The position numbers and the translations under genes were made by a program. This document shows, piece after piece, positions 40,494-52,763 of a DNA stretch of 64,000 nucleotides. Location of the stretch: the NCBI RefSeq assembly GCF_006345805.1, contig NC_043011.1:28036464-28100463 (forward strand). The letters run 5' to 3'. The notes below the pieces were generated by a model that saw only the letters and a list, made by a program, of their open reading frames with translations, was not told the origin of the DNA and did not search any database. Position 1 is the stretch's first letter; each line of letters opens with the position of its first letter. The DNA comes from Octopus sinensis (taxonomy: Eukaryota).

Positions 40494-40907
40494 ATACTCT
40501 TTACTCTTACTCTTTTACTTGTTTCAGTCATTTGACTGCGGCCATGCTGGAGCACCGCCTTTTAGTCGAGCAAATCGACCCCGGGACTTATTCTTTGTAA
40601 GCCCAGTACTTATTCTATCGGTCTCTTTTTGCCGAACCGCTAAGTGACGGGGACGTAAACACACCAGCATCGGTTGTCAAGCAATGCTAGGGGGACAAAC
40701 ACAGACACACAAACACATACACACATATATATATATACATATATACGACAGGCTTCTTTCAGTTTCCGTCTACCAAATCCACTCACAAGGCATTGGTCGG
40801 CCCGGGGCTATAGCAGAAGACACTTGCCCAAGATGCCACGCAGTGGGACTGAACCCGGAACCATGTGGTTGGTTAGCAAGCTACTTACCACACAGCCACT
40901 CCTGCGC
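40494..40907 (-). mobile_element. SINE family A, best-preserved copy
   Basis: Complete head GCGCAGGAGTGGCTGTGTGGTAAG through tail CAGTCAAATGACTGAAACAAGTAAAAGAGTAA. Confidence 0.9.
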
Positions 40908-42413
40908 ATAAAAAGTATGCCTACTTTTTATATTACTTTCATTACATATCTTGTATTATAACCTTTGCTCCTAAAACTGATCCATGTTCTTCAAACAGAT
41001 ATAATTAATAACGTTAAACAAATTAAAAGTACGGAGGTATGGCAAAGATTAAGATGCCAGGCTGGATCCTTTATGGAATTTCTACTTGGTGTATGTTAAT
41101 GATGTTTTTTTAACAACACCAAATATTCATTTCGTCGCTCAACTTATATAAATATACTGCATGTATTCACCTTTGAGATTGACATCAACAAGTTTGTTTT
41201 CCTAAAATATATATCAGCATCCGAATCACTATATGTTTCACGAAATCAGTTTCATTATTTATAAGTTGTTTATGGTTTATCCTGAAGCTATGTGGTTCGT
41301 GGAATATATTTCCCCAGAAAATACTTTTCAGATATTTTAGAACTGTTAAGATGTCCGTGAAAGATCTGCAAATTGAACACTGAAGTGTCAAAATACCACG
41401 GTTTCATCCCTCCAACTTGTCACATAAGACCGTAGTAGCTTCTGCAAGGTTGTTCGTCTTGTCAAAAATAGCTGCTAAATTCTTTCGAAATACACTCTAC
41501 CGTCTTAAATATCAAATGACACGTTGGTTAATGTAGTTCTAGATATAGCATATGATGCATTGGTCTCATTTGGAACGATTTTAATCATCCCTATCAAAAG
41601 AGCGATGACATACAAGTAAGTAACAACATCCACAATGATTTATGCATGGAATAAAATTAGAAACCACTTTGTCTGATCAAAGTCTTGGTACGATTCGCTT
41701 AATTACCTGTTTTATATTTTTAGTTTAATGTGATAATCTAATCAATTCCTATCTCGAAGATATGGCAGATTATGTCAGCTGTAGGTCCACAAATACGACT
41801 GGCATTTTTTGATGATCTATACTAGAACTTAAGAAAAGAATACACATTTTGTGGAAGATCAATCAATTATATCAAACCTGGAGCTTGTATTATTTTATTG
41901 GCTTCCTAGAAAAATCAATAAAATCAGCACTAACACTTTTCAAACTTTGTAATTGAATAGCCGAAGAAATTTTGTAAGATTCTCTTCCGATCTTGCCATT
42001 CCTAACTCTTTGGTACAACTATAATTTTGAGGAGCGTTTCAATATATTACCAGGAAATTGTTGCAGAATATATTATCTGCTTCTTGATTTCTTTACACTT
42101 TTAGCTAAATTCAGATAATGGTTAACTTGTCTATTATTACCTATAATTTTTGCATACAATTGAACTAATACATTTCATGTTTTTGTTTTTTCTTTACATT
42201 CAAGCTATATTTTGACAGTTCTTTGTCCTTCAATTTCTGGAAAACTGCTCTGAAAATAATTTCCGTCTAAACGTAGCGTTTATAATTAACATGATATCAT
42301 CCTTGTTTGAAATTATCTATAAATAAAACAAAGTCATGCGAAAATGATTCTCTTTTTATTTGTACTTCTTGATATTATGCTAGGTCTCCAAAAAGGGAGT
42401 AGATATATTAGAA

Positions 42414-42485
42414 TAGTCCTAAACGCAGTGGAGGTGTGCTTGTCTCATAACCCAGATGTCCGTAGATCGAAATCAAGCTCTGCTA
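42414..42485 (+). pseudogene. Initiator tRNA-Met pseudogene
   Basis: CGCAGTGGAGGTGTGCTTGTCTCATAACCCAGATGTCCGTAGATCGAAATCAAGCTCTGCTA matches eukaryotic tRNAi-Met (CAT anticodon, GATCGAAA T-loop, CTCTGCTA end); 5' acceptor strand and stems broken. Confidence 0.8.
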
Positions 42486-42894
42486 ACGCGAATATTCCTT
42501 TCATAGACACAATGTAAAGTTATGGTGTTGGTTTCTTTACTTCACCGTAACTTAACGGTTCAACAAAAGTTAATGTCAGAATAATTTAAAGGATTCAATA
42601 TTAGCGTTGAGGGTGATTTATTCGGCAAGCTCCTGCGAAGTGGTTTCCCATCATAGCTGCAGTCTAATGACTGAAAGAAGTAAAGGATATGTGTTTATAT
42701 ATGCGGCACCATTCTATATTTTTTTCCTACTATCAAATTCACTCACAAATCATTGAGCGGCTCGTGGTTATTGTGAAAGATAATCACCAAACATTCCACG
42801 CGTAGCTAAGTGCCGAATCTCTAACCACTTAGCCACGAGCTTTAACGAACACATTGGATAACGTGTTGTTTATTGTTCTGGAATTCCGTAAATT

Positions 42895-43082
42895 ATGACG
42901 ACATGAGTTCAAGTTGACCCGATCGACGGAACAGCCTGCTCATGAAATTTAAGTACACGTGACTGAGTACTCCACAGACACGTGTGCCCTTAACGTAGTT
43001 CTCAAGGAGATTCAGCCTAACACAAAATGTCACAAGGTTGGGCCTTTGAAATACAAGTACAACTCATTTTTGCCAGCTGAAT
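42895..43082 (-). mobile_element. SINE family B, 3' half
   Basis: GGAACAGCCTGCTC...CACAGACACGTGT...CTCATTTTTGCCAGCTGA. Confidence 0.75.
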
Positions 43083-43513
43083 GTTTTTTATCAGCATTGT
43101 ACCCCATCGGAAAAATGACGGAATACCTTCGGTTTGATCGTTTTGTTTATTGGTATCTTGACTCGGGGGTCAACTGGCACTAAGCAACAAAGGTATGAAC
43201 ATTACTCGAAAGTGTTGTTTACTTGATAAACGAGCGTATTACTATTCCTCTCTTTATCAGCTTCGGCGTGATAGAAGCCCAAAGTGACCAGGGTGATATT
43301 TCAACATTCGATGTAGATGAACAGGGCAAATAATGCTAGCTCATTGGTCCGATGCTCACTCTTATTTAAATCAACATAGAAGCCGTTTAGAATACAATGT
43401 CTTAAATCCTAAATAAGCTTTAAAATATTATTAAGACATCTCGACGTTTATTCTAAATAAACTAATCGTGTGAATAGTGCATTAAAGAGAAGATAAAGTT
43501 ATAAATATATATG

Positions 43514-43561
<48 letters not shown>

Positions 43562-44454
43562 GAGAGAAGGAGAGAGAGATAGGGAGATATGTTATATGAA
43601 GAGATGATTGTGTGCGCCAAGAGTATTGGGGAATGCGTGATTGGAAGGAGAGATATACGTCTCTATCACACAGGCGTGCAAAGATATTATGGAGATCACA
43701 GGTCATTAAATTTTATGAAATTGTATGCCAAGTCATAATTAACTTTAATATCCAAAGTATCATATGACGTCAATTACGCGCGCGCACGCATACACACAGA
43801 CATATACACACACACACATACACACACACACACACACATATACACGCACACATATATATGGACTGAGACATAATTAATCTGTTAGTGCTAATTGAAGAAA
43901 CAAAGAATATGGTTCCTTTTATATTCCCATTAAGAAAATGTGCAATTTTATCCCGATACTTGTTAATATTTATACAACACGTTTAAAGTACAATTGAGTT
44001 GACAAATAAAACACTCTAATTCATTTACTATTAAAACATAAATAAATGAATGGTGAAGGAGTGATATATATATATATGAAGAAAAAGTATTTCTGACTGT
44101 GACAAATATTAGGATATTTATAACTTGAAAAGCCAGTGTTTTTTAAAAGATAATCTCGAGTACATCAATATGAAATGAGTGGCCTTAAGGTAGATCTCAC
44201 GTTAGGTGGTATACATTTAAGCGTAAAAAAGTTTCTCAGAGAGAAGGTGATTACGTAACTTTTACCTCTTAGTTCAATATGTTAATACCACGGTATATTA
44301 TCTTAGTTTTTTATCATGATATTTTTAAAAATTCAGCATGAGACACTGATAAACGTTTCACAAATATACCAATTTTTCAACAGACAAGTTTCTTCTATGA
44401 TATCACCGCACTGATCAATGACTTGTGAGTGACTTAGTGGAATATATATATATG

Positions 44455-44762
44455 GAACTCTATCGTTTGCGACGACGAGGGTTCCAGTTGATCCGATCAA
44501 TGGAACAGACTGATTGTGAAATTAACGTGCAAGTGGCTCAGGACTCCACAGACACGTGTACCCTCAATATAGTTCTCGAGTAGATTCAGTGCGACACAGA
44601 ATGTGACATGGTAGGCCCTTTGTAATACAAGTGCTACTCATTTTTGCCAGCTGAATGGACTGCAGCAACGAGAAATGAAGTGTTTTGCTAAAGAACACGT
44701 CGCGTCCCCTTGAATTGAACTCACGACTTTACAATTGTGAACCGACTACCCTAACCACTAAT
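44455..44762 (-). mobile_element. SINE family B copy
   Basis: Reverse-complement homologue of 45521-45858. Confidence 0.8.
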
Positions 44763-44797
44763 CAAATCACTTTCGCACACTCACACACATATACAAT

Positions 44798-44828
<31 letters not shown>

Positions 44829-44874
44829 TATATAAATATATTATTGACGCCATAAGAATATTTTTGTGTGTATG

Positions 44875-44908
<34 letters not shown>

Positions 44909-45520
44909 TGTATGTATGTATGTATGTATGTATGCATGTATGCATGCATGTATGTATGTAAAATATATATGTACATATGTGTGTATGTCTTTGTGTTTGT
45001 CCCTTCCCAACAACCACTTCACAGCCGGTGTCGGTTTGTTTAAGCTCGCTTAAAGGAGCTGTTCAGTAAAAGATACCTATAACATAAGTACCAGATTTAA
45101 AAACAAGTACCGGAATTGGTGTGTTAGACTAAGTTCTTGAAGGTGACACCCCAGAATGGCCGTAGTCTAACCTTAACTGAAACAAGTAAAAACTAAAAAC
45201 ATTAAGCAAACATACTGAGAAAATTCGACTGCTGAAATTAATCATCCAACATGCACTGAACTCTCTTGCTTGGACTTCATGCAGGGAAGGAAGGTCGTTA
45301 AATTTTTAGAGGTCTTTCACACAGGCAGGAGGCACAGGACAAGTTATCCACAAATCAGAGGCCTACGAATGCATACATTAGTGTGAATATGATGTATTAA
45401 ATATATTATCCGAGAATACAGAGCTTAATAAATGCACAAGTACGAAATATCGCAAGACATCGTTTCCAGCAGTTCACTGCATGCGACTAATGCCTTACTC
45501 TAGCGATTACAAAAGGGTGC

Positions 45521-45858
45521 TGAGTGAGGGCGCGTGGCTTAGTGGTTAGGGCATTCGGCTCATGATCGTAAGGTTGTGAGTTCGATTCCCGGCGACGCGT
45601 TGTGTCCTTGAGCAAGACACTTTATTTCACGTTGCTCCAGTCCACTCAGCTGGCAAAAATGAGTTGTACTTGTATTTCAAAGGGTCAGCCTTGTCACTCT
45701 CTGTGTCACTCTGATTATCCCCGAGAACTACGTTAAGAGTACACGTGTCTGTGGAATGCTCAGTCATTTGCACGTTAATTTCACGAGCAAGCTGTTCCGT
45801 TGATCGTATCAGCTGGGACCCTCGTCGTCGTAACCGGCGGAGTCTTTTTTTTTAAAAA
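45521..45858 (+). mobile_element. Full-length SINE family B with 10 bp TSD
   Basis: AAAAGGGTGC at 45511-45520 and 45859-45868; box A TGGCTTAGTGG, box B GAGTTCGATTCC. Confidence 0.9.
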
Positions 45859-46330
45859 AAAAGGGTGCAAAGCAAATTTCACATTAAGGAAATGTGAACT
45901 GAAAGAGAAGATAGTCAGATAGTTACAAAGCATTTTTTCCTATGCTCTAACGACTCCGTCAACATTTTATATGCGTTCATATGATTCAGCGAGCTGGTAG
46001 AAGCATTAGCACGACGAGCAAAATGCCTAGCGGCATTTCGCCCGGCGTTACGTTCTGAGTTCAAATTACGCCGGGATAGGCTTTGCCTTCCAGCCTTTCA
46101 GGGTCGACGAAATAATCACCTTGAGCCAAAATTTGAAACTTAGTTTGCAGTGACTATGTTGTTTGCAGGTCACACTCCAAAACCTGCGACATTCATATGG
46201 TTCATATTCAATTACAATATGTGTAGGTCGAAATGTGTATAAAACAAAGCAAAGTGAAACGTGGGGGCTACTAGGGAACCGAAGATTTTATCCCATCTTT
46301 AGAATAAGAGAGATAATTGTGAGGAATTGT

Positions 46331-46670
46331 GAGAATTACCTATAACAGGTAATTTCTACACGCTAGGAGACAGTCAAAACGACTTAATACCACAAAAAAA
46401 ATCAAGCAATTTCAAAGAGAATGAAATATAAAACTTTTACGTTGTTTTTACGGTTATACCTATAGGTTTCATATTTTTTTAGTAAATAAAATAATTTTAT
46501 TCTATTTTATTTTATTTACTAAAAAATCTGAAACCTATAGATATAACCGTAAAAACAACGTAAAAGTTTTTATTTTTTGTTCCTTTGAAATTGCTTAATT
46601 CTTTTGTGGTATTAAGTCGTTTTAACTGTCTCCTAGCGTGTAGAAATTACCTGTTATAGGTAAATTTCTC
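46331..46670. repeat. 340 bp fold-back (imperfect hairpin centred ~46500)
   Basis: TTACCTATAACAGGTAATTTCTACACGCTAGGAGACAG mirrored at 46625-46670. Confidence 0.9.
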
Positions 46671-46814
46671 TTTGTGTTTAAATGTACACTATTGATTAAT
46701 GTGTCGACTATTGACTTTTTATATATGCTAGGCCACTGGTAATAAATTTGTAAAAAATTTATACCATATATATATATATATATATACTTTATTTTAAGCA
46801 GCAGAAAATTCAAC

Positions 46815-46861
46815 AAAATCTGTTACTCTGAGTTTCTCGTTGCCGTTCATCAGACAGTTTT
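46815..46861 (-). ncRNA. Mirror-image copy of the same hammerhead
   Basis: Exact reverse complement across the palindrome centre. Confidence 0.75.
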
Positions 46862-46876
46862 TGCTAGATTCTAGCA

Positions 46877-46923
46877 AAAACTGTCTGATGAACGGCAACG
46901 AGAAACTCAGAGTAACAGATTTT
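46877..46923 (+). ncRNA. Minimal type I hammerhead motif
   Basis: AAAACTGT-CTGATGA-ACGGCAACGA-GAAA-CTCAGAG-TA-ACAGATTTT; GUA site at 46914; stem II very short. Confidence 0.75.
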
Positions 46924-47353
46924 GTTGAATTTTCTGCTGCTTAAAATAAATAATATATATATATATATATGGTATTATTTTTTACAAATTTATTACCGTG
47001 GCCTAGCATATATAAAAAGTCATAGTCGACACATTAATCAATAGTGTACACTTAACACAAAGAGAAATTTACCTATAACAGGTAATTTCACACGCTCAGC
47101 AGTACGACTTTAATACCACAAAAGAATTAAGTAATTTCAACGACAAATACTTTACGTTGTTTGTCCGGTTATTCTATAGGTTTCAGATTTTTTAGTAAAT
47201 AAATAAAATAGAATAAAATTATTTTATTTACTAAAAAAATATAAACCTATAGGTAAACCGTAATCAACGTAAAAGTTTTAATTCATTCCCTTGAAATTGC
47301 TTGATTTTTTTTGTGTATTAAGTCGTTTTGACTGTCTCCAGCGTGTAGAAATT

Positions 47354-47545
47354 CTGTTACTCGAGTTTCTCGTTGCCGTTCATCAGACAGTTTTTGCTAG
47401 ATTCTAGCAAAAACTGTCTGATGAACGGCAACGAGAAATCAGTAACAGATTTTGTTGAATTTTCTGCTGCTTAAAATAAAGCATATTACTCTACCATGGT
47501 ATTTGAGTACTCTTTTTTCCACTGTGTCACATTTATGGTTACCGG
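47354..47545. repeat. Second copy of the hammerhead hairpin plus adjoining PLE-terminal sequence
   Basis: GCTAG-ATT-CTAGC centre at ~47402; small deletions in both stem III regions. Confidence 0.8.
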
Positions 47546-47586
47546 TCTATCTAGATATATATATATATATATATATATTATAATAT

Positions 47587-47786
47587 ATAAAACTGATTTG
47601 TGGCTTCAAGAAATTTTTTTCAAATGCTTCTTGATAAATCTGTAGATCAGAGAGCATTCTCAATAAGCTTTTCAGTAGTTGTCTGTCCACAGCCTCACCA
47701 GCTCGTTCTCGTTCAATCAGCTGGAGTAGACCACTAACTGTCTTTGCCTGGACAACTTGGTGACTAATGATATATGTCCTAAACAG
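47587..47786 (-). pseudogene. CUL4: Cullin-4 coding fragment, apparently displaced or processed
   Basis: [57 protein letters not shown], then after a 1 bp shift in an A run [10 protein letters not shown]; matches the cullin-4 N-terminal repeat region; no GT donor, ends in (AT)n. Confidence 0.9.
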
Positions 47787-48055
47787 AGGTCCACAGCTCT
47801 TCAATATCCTCCCGAAAGACCTGAGAGACCTGCATGGGCTGGATGCGGATGTCTTTAAAGTAAAGCTGGACCTCTTCCTGTCAGGTGTCCCAGATGAAAC
47901 AACTTCACGGCAGGAGGTGCAGATAAGGGCAGCTGCATCAAACTCTCTCATGCACCAAATGTCAATTGCTAAAAAGCATTCGTGAAGTAAAATCATGTAG
48001 CAACAGTGAATGGCGGTGCACCAGCATGGCCACAGCTCGTGAGCTGAAACTAGAT
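47787..48055 (+). mobile_element. 3' end of a LINE (CR1/L2-group-like)
   Basis: [16 protein letters not shown]...[15 protein letters not shown]...AASNSL-stop, short 3' UTR with a hairpin tail. Confidence 0.8.
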
Positions 48056-49054
48056 GAAAATAAACAAAAATGAAATATATATATGTCTTACAAGAGAGAA
48101 AGAACAAGCAAAACACATGGTATCATATGTGGTGCATATGTCCTTTTGCAAACATTTCCACGTGAGCTAAGTATCCATCTCTGAGAGAAGGAATAAAGTA
48201 TATTTTTAATAAAATATTAGTAGTTACCAGTTCACCGAAGAATTAAGGAACATCTTTAGTTAATGTTCATAGTGGTTAGGAGATCAATGATCAAATGAGT
48301 GCCGTAGTTCAAGATATTATCAGTTCGTCACTCCATTGTTGAAGAATCAAGGAGTATTCTTAGTGAAAAATAATAGTAGTTAATACAACTTCGAATGATT
48401 TTGAATATAAAGCACAATGGCTATGGCTCTAGGAAGGGTTGCTAAGAGAGAGAGAGCATTTTAAAATATTTATTAGTGTAATTGGGAACATAAGGAACGC
48501 TATTTAGAGAGCGAAGGTGAACAGTAAAATGAAATTAAATACTATAATTTATACTGTGAAGAGAGCATTATCTAATTTAATATTAGTCTCTCTTTTCGAT
48601 AAAATAAGTACCAGTTGTGCACGGGGGTTGATGAAATCGACTTGCCATTTCCCCGAAAATGCTGACTTTGTGCTAAAAATTTTTAAAGAAATGTTAGTTA
48701 CTCTTTCTTTCTCTCGTAAACATAAACACAATTTCTAGATAGAAAACTAATATCTATTAAATTGATATAAGTAAATTACTTCTCTTTTCATCAGACTTAG
48801 AGAAGAAAACCTAAAACCTACTGTAAGTTTTAAGCTTTTGAGATTTTTTTACAACTTACTCTTTATTCAATTAAGCCATCATTCTATGATTTTCTCAGCA
48901 ATTTTTCTTTTGATAAACTTCCGTATTTCGTCCATGTCTTCATTCATGTTAGAAAATCTAATTCCAGTATATCACTGGTATTTATGCTATCAACTCAATT
49001 TAGACAGACTTTGAATATAGGATAACAATATAGTCCTGCTCCCTATTCCATAAT
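48056..49054 (+). repeat. ~1.0 kb direct duplication, copy 1
   Basis: Near-identical to 50211-51217; this copy has several 1-2 bp deletions. Confidence 0.93.
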
Positions 49055-50210
49055 AATCACTGCTCTCTTTGTTATAATAAACGTCAATGATGTATTGTGT
49101 ATAGAAAAGAAATCTGTTGGATTCGCCATAAATTATTTATTATTCCTTAATATCTTTAGTTCTTTTCTCGGGTAAGATTAATCACGGTTTTCTGTTGTGC
49201 AAATGCCAAAAGCATTGCTATTCAACGTACTATGTTTTGTTCACTGGATGCTAAGCTAGCTTTATGAAATAATTAAAATTAGTTTATCTATCACACCAAA
49301 TGTTACTGTTAAGTAGAAATACCAGCATATGAGTTTTGTCCAGGTTATCCAAAAACCATTGCAAGACACCATTTCGAACAGTTTATGCCGCTGGATAGAA
49401 CTTATTATTAAGTTCTAAATGTGAATGTGTTCACACAGATTGAACTGAAAAATAATTTGAAATTTCACAGTTGCACGAACAAGTAACTTTATAAACTGTT
49501 ACATAGAAAATAACAATGAATGAAGACGAATGTACAAGTTAAAGGGAAAGCGTAGAGGGAAATAACTGAAAAAATCGAAAGAGTGAGTGAGAGAAAAAGA
49601 GAAAGAGAGAGAAAATTAAAGAAAAATAGAGAACATCATTCATGAATATAAATTACCACCAACGCGAATAAAAGGTTTTAGCTTTCACAGAATAGAAAAC
49701 AAATCAACTTTTCTCTTTGTATGTATATATGTGTGTGTGTGCGAGTGCGTGTGTGTGTGTGTGTGTGTGTGTACAAGCAGGTTCACAAGTGTCTGTGTTT
49801 ATCTATTCATGTACTTCTCTGTATTTTGATATAACCTATACAGTTCCAACTTATTCAGCTGTCAGTGTATTTAGAATTAGTGATACCATTTTATTAGTTT
49901 TGGCTTTTCATGAAAGTAATTGAACATGTTCCCTGAAGTAAATAATGAAACTGTCAAATATGCTTAACTTCTTTATAAGATTCACTCTTTAATGTTGTAT
50001 CCACTTCAGTGTGGTAGTCATGGATTTGTTTCCCATCTGTATTGCGACTTCCACTCAGTTCTGCAAAGTTGGCAAAATAATTATACAACATGACAAATGT
50101 ACCTATTATATCTATTAAAATTTATAAAAACTGAGTCATAGTGGATTAAATGAGTTTTAGCAAAGATAGCCGAAGCATTTATTGCTACTGGTAGCTCGTT
50201 TACAAACTGG

Positions 50211-51217
50211 TGAAAATAAACAAAAATGAAATATATATATGTCTTACAAAGAGAGAAAGAACAAGCAAAACACATGGTATCATATGTGGTGCATATGTCC
50301 TTTTGCAAACATTTCCACGTGAGCTAAGTATTCCATCTCCTGAGAGAAGGAAATAAAGTATATTTTTAATAAACATATTAGTAGTTACCAGTTCACCGAA
50401 GAATTAAGGAACATCTTTAGTTAATGTTCATAGTGGTTAGGAGATCAATGATCAAATGAGTGCCGTAGTTCAAGATATTATCAGTTCGTCACTCCATTGT
50501 TGAAGAATCAAGGAGTATTCTTAGTGAAAAATAATAGTAGTTAATACAACTTCGAATGATTTTGAATATAAAGCACAATGGCTATGGCTCTAGGAAGGGT
50601 TGCTAAGAGAGAGAGAGAGCATTTTAAAATATTTATTAGTGTAATTGGGAACATAAGGAACGCTATTTAGAGAGCGAAGGTGAACAGTAAAATGAAATTA
50701 AATACTATAATTTATACTGTGAAGAGAGCATTATCTAATTTAATATTAGTCTCTCTTTTCGATAAAATAAGTACCAGTTGTGCACGGGGGTTGATGAAAT
50801 CGACTTGCCATTTCCCCGAAAATGCTGACTTTGTGCTAAAAATTTTTAAAGAAATGTTAGTTACTCTTTCTTTCTCTCGTAAACATAAACACAATTTCTA
50901 GATAGAAAACTAATATCTATTAAATTGATATAAGTAAATTACTTCTCTTTTCATCAGACTTAGAGAAGAAAACCTAAAACCTACTGTAAGTTTTAAGCTT
51001 TTGAGATTTTTTTACAACTTACTCTTTATTCAATTAAGCCATCATTCTATGATTTTCTCAGCAATTTTTCTTTTGATAAACTTCCGTATTTCGTCCATGT
51101 CTTCATTCATGTTAGAAAATCTAATTCCAGTATATCACTGGTATTTATGCTATCAACTCAATTTAGACAGACTTTGAATATAGGATAACAATATAGTCCT
51201 GCTCCCTATTCCATAAT
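50211..51217 (+). repeat. ~1.0 kb direct duplication, copy 2
   Basis: TGAAAATAAACAAAAATG...CCCTATTCCATAAT; identical 73 aa and 60 aa ORFs called in both copies. Confidence 0.93.
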
Positions 51218-52667
51218 GGGTGTAGTGAATTTCGAGCTAAAGAGAGCAATATAATATGAAATCACCGCACTTTGAAGGCCAAGTATTCAACTTTTCGCTT
51301 TTTACTCATTTGTTTTTCTAAGAGCAACATTAAGTTTACATGAAGTCTAATTATTTCAGAATAGTTTCTAAAGTCACAAACATTTTTAATTGAGTTTTAA
51401 TTTCAAACTGCTTGTAGAAAAAGTATTTGTACTCAAAATAATATTTCTCTACATCCCAGATCCTAGCCATTTCCTTGACTGTTTTAAATATAACATTGAT
51501 TTAATTATTTTAATAAAATGATACGGGTCTATTAATTATGTTATTTGTATTTCTGATTAAGAAGCGTCAAAGCAACACCTATTGGCTTTGCAAGGTCTCT
51601 AAGCTTAATGAATAGTAAAGTAGGAAAAAAATCACTATTCATGGCGGGGATGCACTCTCCACAATGGTTTCACTATATTCATTGTGTTGGTTGTTCCAAA
51701 TAATACTTCAATATAATAGTTATTCTCGTATCGGCGACATGGTCCGCAAGTTTGCAGTAAAGTGAGCTCTTTCGATAACACAGAATTACAAGGCTGTAAT
51801 GTTAAACGCTTTTCGGATCATAACATCCAGAGTCCAAGTAATTTTGCCATAGTTTCGGTCTCCGCAATTTCATTCACCACATTTAATCGGATCTGAGGAT
51901 ATGACATATATTCATATATTTGCTACATGTCCGTCTACAAGTACTGACAGAATACGCAGCGTGTCATCATCAAAGTCACACAGAGGTACACTCACGGCAC
52001 GTATTCCTGTCTCGACTATAATCTCCAGATCCAAACTTATGGATGGTTCCGAGATAGGTGAAAAATAAACAAAAGCACAGATGGGTTGCGGTTCACTGCA
52101 GCTGATTTCGTGGTGTTCTTTATTGATGAACAAACGTGTTATAACAAGCAAAATTAGAAGAAAAGTCTTTTTCAGGTAAATGGAAAATTTAACACTTATA
52201 ATTTCTCACCAAATAGAAGATAGTGCAAGGCAACAACTGAAACAGATTACGTCCGTGACAGTGAATATCTTCAGTTATTCACTCTTTTTCGTTCTAGATG
52301 CTCAACCAAACTTATTGAAAAGTTTTTGCGAGCGAGTTGTTTTAACGATAATATCTTGTTTCCTCTTCTCTCAATGTAATGTCTGTGAGTTAAAAGCAAA
52401 CTTGCGATCTATAAAAGTTGGTTCAAACATTTGCGAGCGGTAGCGAAGATTTTCACTCAGCGCCTTTTTGTTAGTATTTTAGAGCAATATACCTTCCTAC
52501 TAGAGCTTGGTGTGAAGAGTCCCCAAAGGGTGGTTGTTATGTATTCTGTATGTACGTATGTATAAACGTATGTATGTACGTCCGTATGTATGTTGGTGAA
52601 TACAAACACGCACACAAACACATGTGTACACACATATATACATACAAACATACATACATACATATGT

Positions 52668-52760
<93 letters not shown>

Positions 52761-52763
<3 letters not shown>

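Larger units (their letters stand above)
46345..47353. repeat. ~1 kb palindrome centred on CTAG-ATT-CTAG (46869), nesting the 340 bp fold-back in each arm
   Basis: Right arm is the reverse complement of the left with many 1-few bp deletions. Confidence 0.9.

Noticed and set aside
45528-45600. Functional tRNA gene
   Set aside because: tRNA-like head of a SINE with body, tail and TSD
47547-48116. 189 aa ORF as a functional cullin gene
   Set aside because: Composite of antisense LINE sequence, a CUL4 fragment and (AT)n; non-ATG start and no exon structure
49960-50062. Possible minus-strand exon after TTTGCAG
   Set aside because: No convincing donor or protein match
48517-50901. Duplicated 73 aa and 60 aa ORFs as paralogous genes
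   Set aside because: Identity comes from the 1 kb duplication; they overlap a SINE-C remnant and show no recognisable protein features
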